Below are positions 7,491-15,400 of a DNA stretch of 59,594 nucleotides, in pieces (position 1 is the stretch's first letter; the number at the start of each line of letters is the position of its first letter). The position numbers and the translations under genes are program-made. The stretch spans positions 75,823 to 135,416 of the forward strand of contig JAHFKW010000001.1 of assembly GCA_023245145.1 (NCBI GenBank), given 5' to 3'. The notes under the pieces were generated by a model. That model saw only the letters and a list, made by a program, of their open reading frames with translations. It was not told where the DNA came from and did not search any database. The DNA comes from Candidatus Staskawiczbacteria bacterium (GTDB taxonomy: Bacteria; Patescibacteriota; Minisyncoccia; Minisyncoccales; Staskawiczbacteraceae).

Positions 7491-9221
7491 TTATTTCAAA
7501 CTTTTTAATAACTCTTCCACTGACAACGTATTTATAATATCATCTTTTGTCGCCCAACCTCTTCGTGCCTGACTAACGCCATACTCTATGTAATGCATTT
7601 GTTCTTTTTGGTGAGTGTCGGTGTTAATAATCATCTTTACGCCTTCATTTTTGGCGCGACGAATGTATAAATCTCTCAAATCTAAACGTGAAGATGAATT
7701 AATTTCCAAAATCGTACCAGTTTCTTTGGCAACTTTCAAAATGGCATCAAAATCGTGCTGATATTCGTCGCGTTGGCCCACAATTCTGCCCGTCGGATGG
7801 GCAATAATATCCACATGCGGATTTTTCATGGCCTTAATAATTCTAGCGGTCATTTCCGGTTTTTCCATCTTCAAAAGAGAATGTACACCGGCAATTACAT
7901 AGTCCAACTTTTCCAGCACTTCGTCTTTTACATCAATGGACCCGTCTTTACGAATGTTGGCCTCACAACCATGGAAAATTTGAAATTTGAAATTAGAAAT
8001 TTGAAATTTCTTGTTGAGTTTTTTTATATATTCATTTTGTGCCAGTAACTCCTTTTCATTTAAGCTTTTTTCCACATTCAAATCATTAGTGTGGTCCGAA
8101 ATGCCAATATATTCATATCCCATTGACATGGCCTTTTTCGCTAATACTTCAATTGAGTCCTTCTCGCCATCCGGCTCACCAAAGTTAGAATGCACATGCA
8201 AGTCGCCCTTAATATCTTTTAGTTCTACTAACTTTGGCAGTTTATCATCTAGCGACAGTTCAATTTCGCCCGTATTTTCACGCATTTCCGGCGGTACCCA
8301 GGCCATGCCTAAAGCCTTATACACATCTTTCTCAGTTTTACTTGGCAACTGTTTGGCACCCCGAAAAATTCCCCACTCACTCAATTTAAGCCCTTTTTCT
8401 ATAGCAATCTTCCGGGTGACAATGTTATGATCCTGCGAACCCGTAAAATATTGCAGAGCCGAGCCATAGCTTTTGGCCGGCACTACCCGTAAATCCATGT
8501 CAAAACCCTGCTCCATGTGCACGCTGGATTTGGTCGCCCCCTGCCCCCAAATTTTTTTGACTCCTGGAAGCTTCACAAAAAACTCCATGACTTTTTTTGG
8601 ATTGCGGGAAACCACTAAAAAATCTATATCGCCAATCGTCTCTTTTCTTCTTCGCAAAGACCCCGCCAAACTTATTTTCTCAACTTCTTTTAGCTTTTCC
8701 AATTTTACCAACACCTCTCTGGCAATTGGCAGTGCTTCTCCCAAAATTGTCCGCCCGTGGCTCGTTTTTAAAAACTCAATTCCCTGTAAAATATTTTTCT
8801 CGGTCGTTTCCCCGAATCCATCCAAATCTGCCACCAAGTGTTTTTTGGTCACACGCTCCAAGCTCTTTAAATCTTTCACCCCTAATTTTTCGTACAGCAC
8901 TTTCACTTTTTTAGGACCCAAACCCTCCACGCCCAAAAGTTCGTCCCATTTAACCGGCAATTTCTTTTTCATTTCTTCATAAAACGCCACTTTGCCGGTT
9001 TTAACAAATTCTTCAATGTGGTCAGACATGGCCTTGCCAATGCCCGGAATTTCTTCCAGGGCTTTTCTGCCACCCGTCATATAAATTGTCTTAACATCTT
9101 CAGGCAAGGCTTGTAAAGAAACAGCCGCTTTTTCATAAGCGTAGGGCTTAAACGCCACCCCATCTATCCGTAAATTTCGGGCAATGTCATTAAAAATTTT
9201 AGCAATTTCTAAATTAATCAT
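7491..9221 (-). CDS. polX: DNA polymerase X with PHP domain
   Basis: AGSLRRRKETIGDIDFLV, DLRVV, LQYFTGS..HN; PHP motifs GDLHVHS, ISDH, AHPTGR, NTDTH. Confidence 0.95.
   Translation of the reverse strand: MINLEIAKIFNDIARNLRIDGVAFKPYAYEKAAVSLQALPEDVKTIYMTGGRKALEEIPGIGKAMSDHIEEFVKTGKVAFYEEMKKKLPVKWDELLGVEGLGPKKVKVLYEKLGVKDLKSLERVTKKHLVADLDGFGETTEKNILQGIEFLKTSHGRTILGEALPIAREVLVKLEKLKEVEKISLAGSLRRRKETIGDIDFLVVSRNPKKVMEFFVKLPGVKKIWGQGATKSSVHMEQGFDMDLRVVPAKSYGSALQYFTGSQDHNIVTRKIAIEKGLKLSEWGIFRGAKQLPSKTEKDVYKALGMAWVPPEMRENTGEIELSLDDKLPKLVELKDIKGDLHVHSNFGEPDGEKDSIEVLAKKAMSMGYEYIGISDHTNDLNVEKSLNEKELLAQNEYIKKLNKKFQISNFKFQIFHGCEANIRKDGSIDVKDEVLEKLDYVIAGVHSLLKMEKPEMTARIIKAMKNPHVDIIAHPTGRIVGQRDEYQHDFDAILKVAKETGTILEINSSSRLDLRDLYIRRAKNEGVKMIINTDTHQKEQMHYIEYGVSQARRGWATKDDIINTLSVEELLKSLK
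7976..8010. repeat. Five aaatttg-type heptamers inside polX
   Basis: aaatttg aaatttg aaattag aaatttg aaatttc; encodes KFQISNFKFQI in frame. Confidence 0.85.
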
Positions 9222-9281
9222 GTACTCATTGTATCAAAAAAACCTGTCTACCGACAGGCAAACCGCCCTTTTGGCGATTTT

Positions 9282-9761
9282 TTAACTAATCTCGTAATTT
9301 ATTTTTTTTATCTTATACTTCTTTTTTTCCGGCGCGCCAACTACAATTTCTTCTCCCACCTTCTTACCCAACAAAGCCGCTCCCACCGGCGATTCATTGC
9401 TGATTTTTCCCGCTACCGGATCAGCTTCAAGCGTACCCACAATCATAAACCGATCTTTCTCTCCGCGATGTTCAAGATGTACCGTCGCTCCCACGTCCAC
9501 AAAAACCATTTTTTCTTTTGATGGTTTTCTTATCAATTGATGATTTTTAAAAATATTTTCCAATTCGCTGATTCTACCTCTCAATGCATCCATATTCTCT
9601 TGAAAGCTAACAAATTCAGGGTTCATATCATCCGATTCAAGCATGTGGGGCGCCTCTTGACCAACTGTTTTTTGATTTTCCTGCAACACCAAATCGGCGT
9701 GCTCTTTCTTCAATTCCTGTAATTTAGCCCTAGTTACATGATATATTTTACCTTCTTCCAT
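9282..9761 (-). CDS. greA: GreA/GreB-family elongation factor
   Basis: N-terminal coiled coil; IVGTLEADP..GKISNESPVGAALLGKKVGE. Confidence 0.88.
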   Translation of the reverse strand: MEEGKIYHVTRAKLQELKKEHADLVLQENQKTVGQEAPHMLESDDMNPEFVSFQENMDALRGRISELENIFKNHQLIRKPSKEKMVFVDVGATVHLEHRGEKDRFMIVGTLEADPVAGKISNESPVGAALLGKKVGEEIVVGAPEKKKYKIKKINYEIS

Positions 9762-9806
9762 AGATACAATAATTATGCCTTCATTCTATTCTTTTCTATC
9801 AGAATG

Positions 9807-10109
9807 TCAAACTTTATACACCTGGTATCCCTCGCGCGAAATTTCTTTGACTTTCAGTCCAATGTTTTGCCCTTTTTTAGCTTTTTTAATTTCCGCATGA
9901 TCAAACTGCATAGATTTTACTATTTGATTAAAATCCGTCGCCTCTCCCCCCATAATCCTAATCTCATCACCCTCATTAAGTGGCGCAGACAGTTTAACAA
10001 TCGCCACTTTAATGCCACCAAAATAATGTGCCACTTTTCCCACCAGTTTGCCCGGTTTTTTAACAATTAACTCTTTGGCTATTTTATTTTTTGTAATTTT
10101 CTTTTTCAT
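9807..10109 (-). CDS. Small beta-barrel protein (translation elongation factor domain 2-like)
   Basis: VGKVAHYFGGIKVAIVKL...GDEIRIMG..TDFNQIVKSMQ...GLKV; ATG 10109 chosen over the longer ORF-track start. Confidence 0.75.
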   Translation of the reverse strand: MKKKITKNKIAKELIVKKPGKLVGKVAHYFGGIKVAIVKLSAPLNEGDEIRIMGGEATDFNQIVKSMQFDHAEIKKAKKGQNIGLKVKEISREGYQVYKV

Positions 10110-10168
10110 GTTTTTATTTTTATTGTAACAAAAAACCGGCTTTTCAGCCAGCTTTTCAATATAAAATT

Positions 10169-11113
10169 TTACACCCTTGAAAATCTCGTAAACCCCGAAC
10201 ACGCCACGATTTCAATACCCTGTTTCTGTAATTCATCCATTAGTAAATTCATTCCCAATGAATCAGAGGACATGTGTCCGGCAATCACAATGTTAATGTG
10301 AGCTGCTTCAGCTTCTTTGCGGTGCTCTTCTGATGTGTGCATGGCAATAACCGTCCCAATTCCCGCTTGCGACATTTTTTCATACAGCTTGGGTGAGCCT
10401 TCTGTACCTCCGGTAAACTCCGAAACCGCAATTTTTCCGGCGTGAGCATCGGGCGAACCAACAAACAATTTCGGCCCTACTCCAATTTTCATAGCTTCTT
10501 TATATTCAGGCAACTCTTTTAAGATTTTTAAAACATCGCCAACATATTCTGGTTTTTTTTCATCAATAATATTCTTCACAAAGCGAGCAGCCATGTTATC
10601 GGCTGAAGTGTGGGCTCCCATAAAATTAACTCCCAAAAGACGCGCCATATCAATCGCCCGCTGGTGATTAATAGCGTTAACCCCTCGAGCCACTTCTGAA
10701 ATTCTTACTTTCATCAAACTTTCGGCAATATTAATCGGCACACCGTATTGAGCGAGCACATCCGCTTGTAAATGCATCACATCAGCTAACTGTGCCAACC
10801 CCTTGCCTTCTGGGTGATGGGCAATCACCAAATCAATGCCATCCAATTGCTTAGCCAACAAAATTTCAGCTGGCTCAATATCAATCCCCACCAAGACGCG
10901 TTTAATTTCTTTATCTTCAGCCACATTAAATACACCCGAATCCATGTAGGGGTTTACCAGAGCCTCTTGATCGAATTCATATTTTTGCTCAACAGATAAA
11001 GCGTCAAAAGTCTTCTTTTTTCTATCTAAGAGCTTTTGCACACCTTCGCGACCACGGAAATCATTTTCAATCCCCGTTTGAGTAAATAGATTGTGAATGT
11101 CTTGAATTTTCAT
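10169..11113 (-). CDS. NIF3 (NGG1p-interacting factor 3)-like protein
   Basis: NPYMDS, VGID, IAHHP, AHTSADN, AGHMSSDSLGMN metal-binding motifs. Confidence 0.85.
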   Translation of the reverse strand: MKIQDIHNLFTQTGIENDFRGREGVQKLLDRKKKTFDALSVEQKYEFDQEALVNPYMDSGVFNVAEDKEIKRVLVGIDIEPAEILLAKQLDGIDLVIAHHPEGKGLAQLADVMHLQADVLAQYGVPINIAESLMKVRISEVARGVNAINHQRAIDMARLLGVNFMGAHTSADNMAARFVKNIIDEKKPEYVGDVLKILKELPEYKEAMKIGVGPKLFVGSPDAHAGKIAVSEFTGGTEGSPKLYEKMSQAGIGTVIAMHTSEEHRKEAEAAHINIVIAGHMSSDSLGMNLLMDELQKQGIEIVACSGFTRFSRV

Positions 11114-11202
11114 TATGCCTTAACAGAGCTATATCTTTTGCCTCGGCTCTTGCGCCATTTTTTGTTGTTGCGGGCATTATGCCTGGTTGTGTTTCTTTTC
11201 AT
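11113..11202 (-). CDS. Possible 29-aa basic peptide
   Basis: MKRNTTRHNARNNKKWRKSRGKRYSSVKA; its stop overlaps the NIF3 start (TAATG); it overlaps the upstream ORF by 26 nt. Confidence 0.3.
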   Translation of the reverse strand: MKRNTTRHNARNNKKWRKSRGKRYSSVKA

Positions 11203-11329
11203 GCTTTTTATATAACTCGTTGATTAATTCTTTTTGTTTAGCCACATCCAAAAACTCCCGACGGATGCGGGCCTTTTCGGTTCTGATAAACTTCTTATCA
11301 GATTTTCTTATTACATTGTTTTTGGACAT
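11177..11329 (-). CDS. 50-aa basic hypothetical protein
   Basis: Manual translation MSKNNVIRKSDKKFIRTEKARIRREFLDVAKQKELINELYKKHEKKHNQA; TAAAGT-N6-ATG leaderless-type start. Confidence 0.7.
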   Translation of the reverse strand: MSKNNVIRKSDKKFIRTEKARIRREFLDVAKQKELINELYKKHEKKHNQA

Positions 11330-11373
11330 AGCAGTACTTTAACCCAAAATACTCCAAAAAGCAAGTGTCTTTC

Positions 11374-11408
11374 AAAAAAATGCCGGTTTCCACTTCGAGG
11401 AAACCGGC
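11374..11408 (-). terminator. Intrinsic terminator of the STAS gene
   Basis: gccggtttcc / ggaaaccggc stem followed by a 7-U tract. Confidence 0.85.
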
Positions 11409-11412
11409 CAAC

Positions 11413-11784
11413 TCACTTTGCAAACTCCGCGAGCGCAGTTTGTTCGTCTTTTTGGATGTCGAACAGTCTGTTGAGCTTGGTGATTTCGAACACCTCGTAG
11501 ATATCATCGTTGATGGAGCACATGACCAATTTACCTCCCCCCTTGTCTTGGACTTTTTTGTTTAGAACAACCAACTTGTTAAGGAAAGCTGCGTTCATGA
11601 ACTCAACGCTACCAAAGTTAAGCAGGATCTTTTTGCGATCGTACTGATCGACGAGACTGAACAGGTCTTCGCCGATCTCTGTGATGGTCTCCTTATCCAG
11701 GATTTTTTTGTTGAGGAAGCTGACGATGGTGATTTCGCCGTTATCCTCAACTTTGAAACGACTTTTACGGGCCATTGTGAACAT
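11413..11784 (-). CDS. STAS-domain anti-sigma-factor antagonist-like protein (solo cassette 2)
   Basis: KILLNFGSVEFMNAAFLNKLVVL...GGKLVMCSINDDIYEVFEITKLNRLF; GGAGG 5 nt before ATG 11784 (alternative ATG 11775). Confidence 0.88.
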   Translation of the reverse strand: MFTMARKSRFKVEDNGEITIVSFLNKKILDKETITEIGEDLFSLVDQYDRKKILLNFGSVEFMNAAFLNKLVVLNKKVQDKGGGKLVMCSINDDIYEVFEITKLNRLFDIQKDEQTALAEFAK

Positions 11785-11845
11785 AACTTCCTCCAAGTTT
11801 CTGGTGAGTGGGTTTGCAACACAAAGAACAACTATCACAACCACA

Positions 11846-13042
11846 CTACTCTTTTTTTTCTAACTTTGCAATCTCCTCCCTCACAATCTCCCTATCATCC
11901 CACGGAATTTTTTTGCCATCGGCCAAGCACATTAACGGTTCGGCGCCTTTGCCCGTAATAATTACCGCATCAGTTGGCGTGGCCAGTTTGAGGGCTTTTT
12001 TGATAGCTTCTTTTCTGTCCAATATTAAATGAAATTCATCTTTTTTACCCTCCACGCCTTCGGCCACTTGCTCTATAATTTCCCACGGATCTTCGTCATA
12101 AGGGTCTTCATTGGTAATAATAATTTCCCGACAATTTTGACTGGCAAGGCGACCCAGCACTGACCGTTTCCATTTATCCCGCCCACCACCACAAGCACCC
12201 AAAACACACACCAAACTTTTATTATTTGAAAAACTTTTCACTGCGGTATACGAAGCTTCAAGCTGGTCGGGAGTAAATGCATAATCAACCACGACTATCG
12301 GATCTTTGGAAATCACCTCCAGTCGGCCAGGCATACCCTTTACCTCTTCTAAAACTTTTACACACACGTCTTTCGGCACGCCATAGTGAGTGGCTACAGC
12401 CATGGCCGCCGCCGCGTTCATCTGGTTAAATTCTCCCAAAAGTTGTAAGTTAATGTGTTCTATGTTGTTACCAAACGTAATAACTTTTTTGGCGGGAATA
12501 TCCAAAAAATATTGGGCGTTTTTATCTTCAGTATTCACCACGTGGGCGTTTTTAGTGACCTCAAATAGTTTTAGTTTTTCGTTGCGATAATTCTCAAATC
12601 CTCCATGGGAATCCAGGTGCTCGGGAGTTAAATTTAAAAACACTGCCATGTCAAAGTTAATAAACCGATGACGGTGCTGTTTAATGCCCTCTGAAGCAAT
12701 TTCCAAAACTGCATAATTACAACCCGCGTCCACCGCTTGCCTTAAAAACTTTTGAATGATAAACCGACCGGGCGTAGTCATTTTTAATTTATTTTGCCAC
12801 TCATCTTTGCCAATTTTAAAACGAATAGAAGAAATAGAGGCCACTTTGGCGCCATAAGCTTCCAAAATCCGAGTAATAAATTCGACGGTCGTCGACTTGC
12901 CACTCGTTCCCGTTACCCCAATGACGATTAATTTTCTTGAAGGAAAACCAAAAATCACCGACCCAATCAAAGGCATAGAATAGTGGTAAGCATCCAGTAA
13001 AACATTTGGCGTTATTTTTTTCAGTAATTTCTTAACATTCAT
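11846..13042 (-). CDS. murE: Mur ligase, MurE-like
   Basis: GVTGTSGKST, EIASEG, NLTPEHLDSHG, GRLE, VDYA, GGGRDKWKR, NEDPYDEDP, GKGAE. Confidence 0.85.
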   Translation of the reverse strand: MNVKKLLKKITPNVLLDAYHYSMPLIGSVIFGFPSRKLIVIGVTGTSGKSTTVEFITRILEAYGAKVASISSIRFKIGKDEWQNKLKMTTPGRFIIQKFLRQAVDAGCNYAVLEIASEGIKQHRHRFINFDMAVFLNLTPEHLDSHGGFENYRNEKLKLFEVTKNAHVVNTEDKNAQYFLDIPAKKVITFGNNIEHINLQLLGEFNQMNAAAAMAVATHYGVPKDVCVKVLEEVKGMPGRLEVISKDPIVVVDYAFTPDQLEASYTAVKSFSNNKSLVCVLGACGGGRDKWKRSVLGRLASQNCREIIITNEDPYDEDPWEIIEQVAEGVEGKKDEFHLILDRKEAIKKALKLATPTDAVIITGKGAEPLMCLADGKKIPWDDREIVREEIAKLEKKE

Positions 13043-13069
13043 ATTTTCAAATTACCATAATTTTCCAAC

Positions 13070-13102
13070 AAAAAAAAGCTGATTCCCGGTCAGAATCAGC
13101 TT
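13070..13102 (-). terminator. Intrinsic terminator of cassette 3
   Basis: aagctgattc / gaatcagctt stem plus U tract. Confidence 0.8.
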
Positions 13103-13124
13103 GAGTGCCACATAACCAACCGCT

Positions 13125-13568
13125 TTACGGTTTAGCGCCACAGTAATCAATGTACTGGCGAAAAGCATTTTCCACTGCACTAACTCCGGCACTATATAAA
13201 TCGAGCCCTACCCCCTCTGATATACGAGGTTCAATACAGTGCAAAACCTTAACCAATACACAAACGTATTGTTGCACATTTTGTTCTTGAAAAGACGAGA
13301 TAGTGGCGTCTCGAATACATGGAAACGCTGGAAGCAGGCCTTTTTTAACGGCCCCGAACAAGCAATGTACAAAACTGAGAGACGGCAAGGTGAGACCTGG
13401 AACCGAAATCTTAATTCTTTTTTTCTTTTTTCGGCCGGCAATTTTCAACTCTACCGTCATTGAAAACCGAGACCGGCAAGTAATCCTGCTACCACGCACA
13501 TGACTAGTGGCGGTAGTAACAGAAAAATTCACCTCTTTAATCTCAAAACAAAACAGTTGTGATTTCAT
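13125..13568 (-). CDS. Hypothetical protein (solo cassette 3)
   Basis: 147-aa ORF; AAGGAA 6 nt upstream, AGCTCTTT at 13593-13600, TGcTATAAT at 13616-13624, own terminator. Confidence 0.6.
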   Translation of the reverse strand: MKSQLFCFEIKEVNFSVTTATSHVRGSRITCRSRFSMTVELKIAGRKKKKRIKISVPGLTLPSLSFVHCLFGAVKKGLLPAFPCIRDATISSFQEQNVQQYVCVLVKVLHCIEPRISEGVGLDLYSAGVSAVENAFRQYIDYCGAKP

Positions 13569-13675
13569 CGCCTATTCCTTTCGCAATAGAGAAAAGAGCT
13601 GTCGCAAATAACATTATTATAGCATTATGCAAAAGTAAAGGAGAGACATCTCTTGATTCAATACCCATAAATCTA

Positions 13676-13697
13676 CAAGCTTGGGAAAAGCCAGACA
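13676..13697 (+). repeat. Left 22-bp inverted repeat flanking the PaaX/Cas2-like gene
   Basis: caagcttgggaaaagccagaca; reverse complement of 14317-14338 with one mismatch. Confidence 0.9.
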
Positions 13698-13717
13698 AGG
13701 CCTCCACATCTTCTCTA

Positions 13718-14248
13718 CTACATTTTCTCTACTAAAAATATCTTGACGTACCTGTCTAAAGCATAAAACTGCAGTAATTTTTCCGTTTTTTCAGAAATAT
13801 CATAAGGACAAACCCAAACACTTTGCTGGAAAATTTTATAACCCAAATTACGCAACGTGCTTCTAAGTAATTCCCTGGCTTTTGGATGTTTTTGGGGAAC
13901 GTCAAAAATAACCATAATCCATTTACCGTCCTTTCTTTTGCTCTTTCCCTCCATTGTAAAGCTCGCTTTCAAAACTTTCGACATGCCACTTTTAGTAATC
14001 ATGACCGTTTGATTGCCCTGCAGGCTAGCAACTTTTATAATGTTATTGCTTTTCAAATAATATACCAATTTGTCGAATTTTCTCTTACCCATATCGTGAC
14101 GATACTTGGCAAAAATAGGATTTACGCCACCGGTCATAATACTTGCCTTACGATATTTATTACTAGATAAAAAATTAACCACATCGTCAGCTTTTTCAAT
14201 GTATTTATATAAATCCCACATAAATTGGTCAGTAATAGGCAGTCTCAT
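13718..14248 (-). CDS. PaaX-like protein (probable wHTH plus Cas2-like ferredoxin fold)
   Basis: LVYYLKSNNIIK..MITKSG followed by DGKWIMVIFDVPQK..ARELLRSTLRNLGYKIFQQSVWVCPY. Confidence 0.82.
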   Translation of the reverse strand: MRLPITDQFMWDLYKYIEKADDVVNFLSSNKYRKASIMTGGVNPIFAKYRHDMGKRKFDKLVYYLKSNNIIKVASLQGNQTVMITKSGMSKVLKASFTMEGKSKRKDGKWIMVIFDVPQKHPKARELLRSTLRNLGYKIFQQSVWVCPYDISEKTEKLLQFYALDRYVKIFLVEKM

Positions 14249-14316
14249 GTTTGGCAATTATGTATTATTCCTTATGTATTACTTTCTTTGTATTATATAA
14301 TACATCATATCATAAC

Positions 14317-14338
14317 TGTCTGGGTTTTCCCAAGCTTG
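14317..14338 (-). repeat. Right 22-bp inverted repeat flanking the PaaX/Cas2-like gene
   Basis: tgtctgggttttcccaagcttg on the plus strand. Confidence 0.9.
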
Positions 14339-14397
14339 GTTTTTTACAGACAAGTTTATTTCTTCTGTTTGCGCGATAAAATGTACCATAATTTTTC

Positions 14398-14429
14398 AAA
14401 AAAAAGCTGACGTGGGCGATACGTCAGCT
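14398..14429 (-). terminator. Intrinsic terminator of cassette 4
   Basis: agctgacgt / acgtcagct stem plus U tract. Confidence 0.8.
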
Positions 14430-14775
14430 ATAAAGGTTCGTGAAGAGAGCGTGTACCGGTTGACTCTACAATCACCAACGCAGATTCTTTCATCATCAGG
14501 CGAGGGTGCCGGTAGGGATGACAATGCTTATTGGTCCATTCCAGTTGCATGTCCCTCAACAAGAGAATGTTCCCGTTGGGCATACGCAACGCCACGTTCT
14601 GAAACAAATTGTGCTTTTTGTCGCACAGCAACGAGAATTGGAATCGGTAGTAACAACCACCATAGTACAACTCTACGATCTCGTCTTCATACGCCGGACG
14701 CGAACAGCAATACACCCCCTCGTAGGTGTATTTACGCTGATACTCATTCCTTTGATGATCTAAAGGGCCAACCAT
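14428..14775 (-). CDS. Hypothetical protein (solo cassette 4)
   Basis: 115-aa ORF; GAAAGGAG 7 nt upstream of the ATG; terminator at the stop codon. Confidence 0.6.
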   Translation of the reverse strand: MVGPLDHQRNEYQRKYTYEGVYCCSRPAYEDEIVELYYGGCYYRFQFSLLCDKKHNLFQNVALRMPNGNILLLRDMQLEWTNKHCHPYRHPRLMMKESALVIVESTGTRSLHEPL

Positions 14776-14822
14776 AGCGAATCTCCTTTCGTGTAGGTAA
14801 GAAAAACTTCACTCACTATAAA

Positions 14823-15386
14823 CTAACGACCCAAATTCTTCAATGCCAACTTAATGCGCTCTTCCGTACTTTTGATTTTTGGGTCAACAGTTTTGAGTGC
14901 TTCTTTGGCTTGCTGATGCGAAAATCCCAGCTGAACCAACGCGTCTTCGGCATCGCTCCCACCCTTCAACTTTGCGCCATCTAACATTTTAATTTTCCCC
15001 GTTAATTCCAAAATAATCGTCATGGCCTTTTTGGCGCCAATGCCGGGAATTTCGCCAAAGATTTTTACATCCCCTGCCAAAATCTTGTCTTTTATTTTTT
15101 CTAAAGGCCCTAAGGCCGAAATTTCCAGCGCCGCCTTGGGCCCCACGCCGTGAATGTCTAGCAAAGTTTCAAAAAATTCCAGCTCGTCATAGCTTTTAAA
15201 TCCATACAAATCCGATGCGTCTTCTTTGACATTATGAAAACAGAAGAGCTTTAAATTTTCACTTATTTCTGGTAAGGTTAAGGCCGTTTTACGGGAAACA
15301 AAAACCTTGTAACCAATATTACTGTTTTCCAAAATAACAAACTTGTCTTTCTTCAATAGAATGTTACCGTTAATATAGTTAATCAT
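14823..15386 (-). CDS. ruvA: Holliday junction branch migration protein RuvA
   Basis: MINYING, IGYKV, LYGF, GVGPKAAL, IPGIGAKKA, ALVQLGF. Confidence 0.95.
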   Translation of the reverse strand: MINYINGNILLKKDKFVILENSNIGYKVFVSRKTALTLPEISENLKLFCFHNVKEDASDLYGFKSYDELEFFETLLDIHGVGPKAALEISALGPLEKIKDKILAGDVKIFGEIPGIGAKKAMTIILELTGKIKMLDGAKLKGGSDAEDALVQLGFSHQQAKEALKTVDPKIKSTEERIKLALKNLGR

Positions 15387-15400
15387 GGCTTCATACTAAC

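Noticed and set aside
11113..11202. Ribosomal protein L32 or L36 for the basic peptide
   Set aside because: No MAVPK, MKV or zinc-ribbon motifs; kept only as a low-confidence unknown ORF.
13718..14248. CRISPR-Cas locus suggested by the Cas2-like motif
   Set aside because: No repeat-spacer array, cas1 or other cas gene in the window; the N-terminal extension fits the PaaX-like family.
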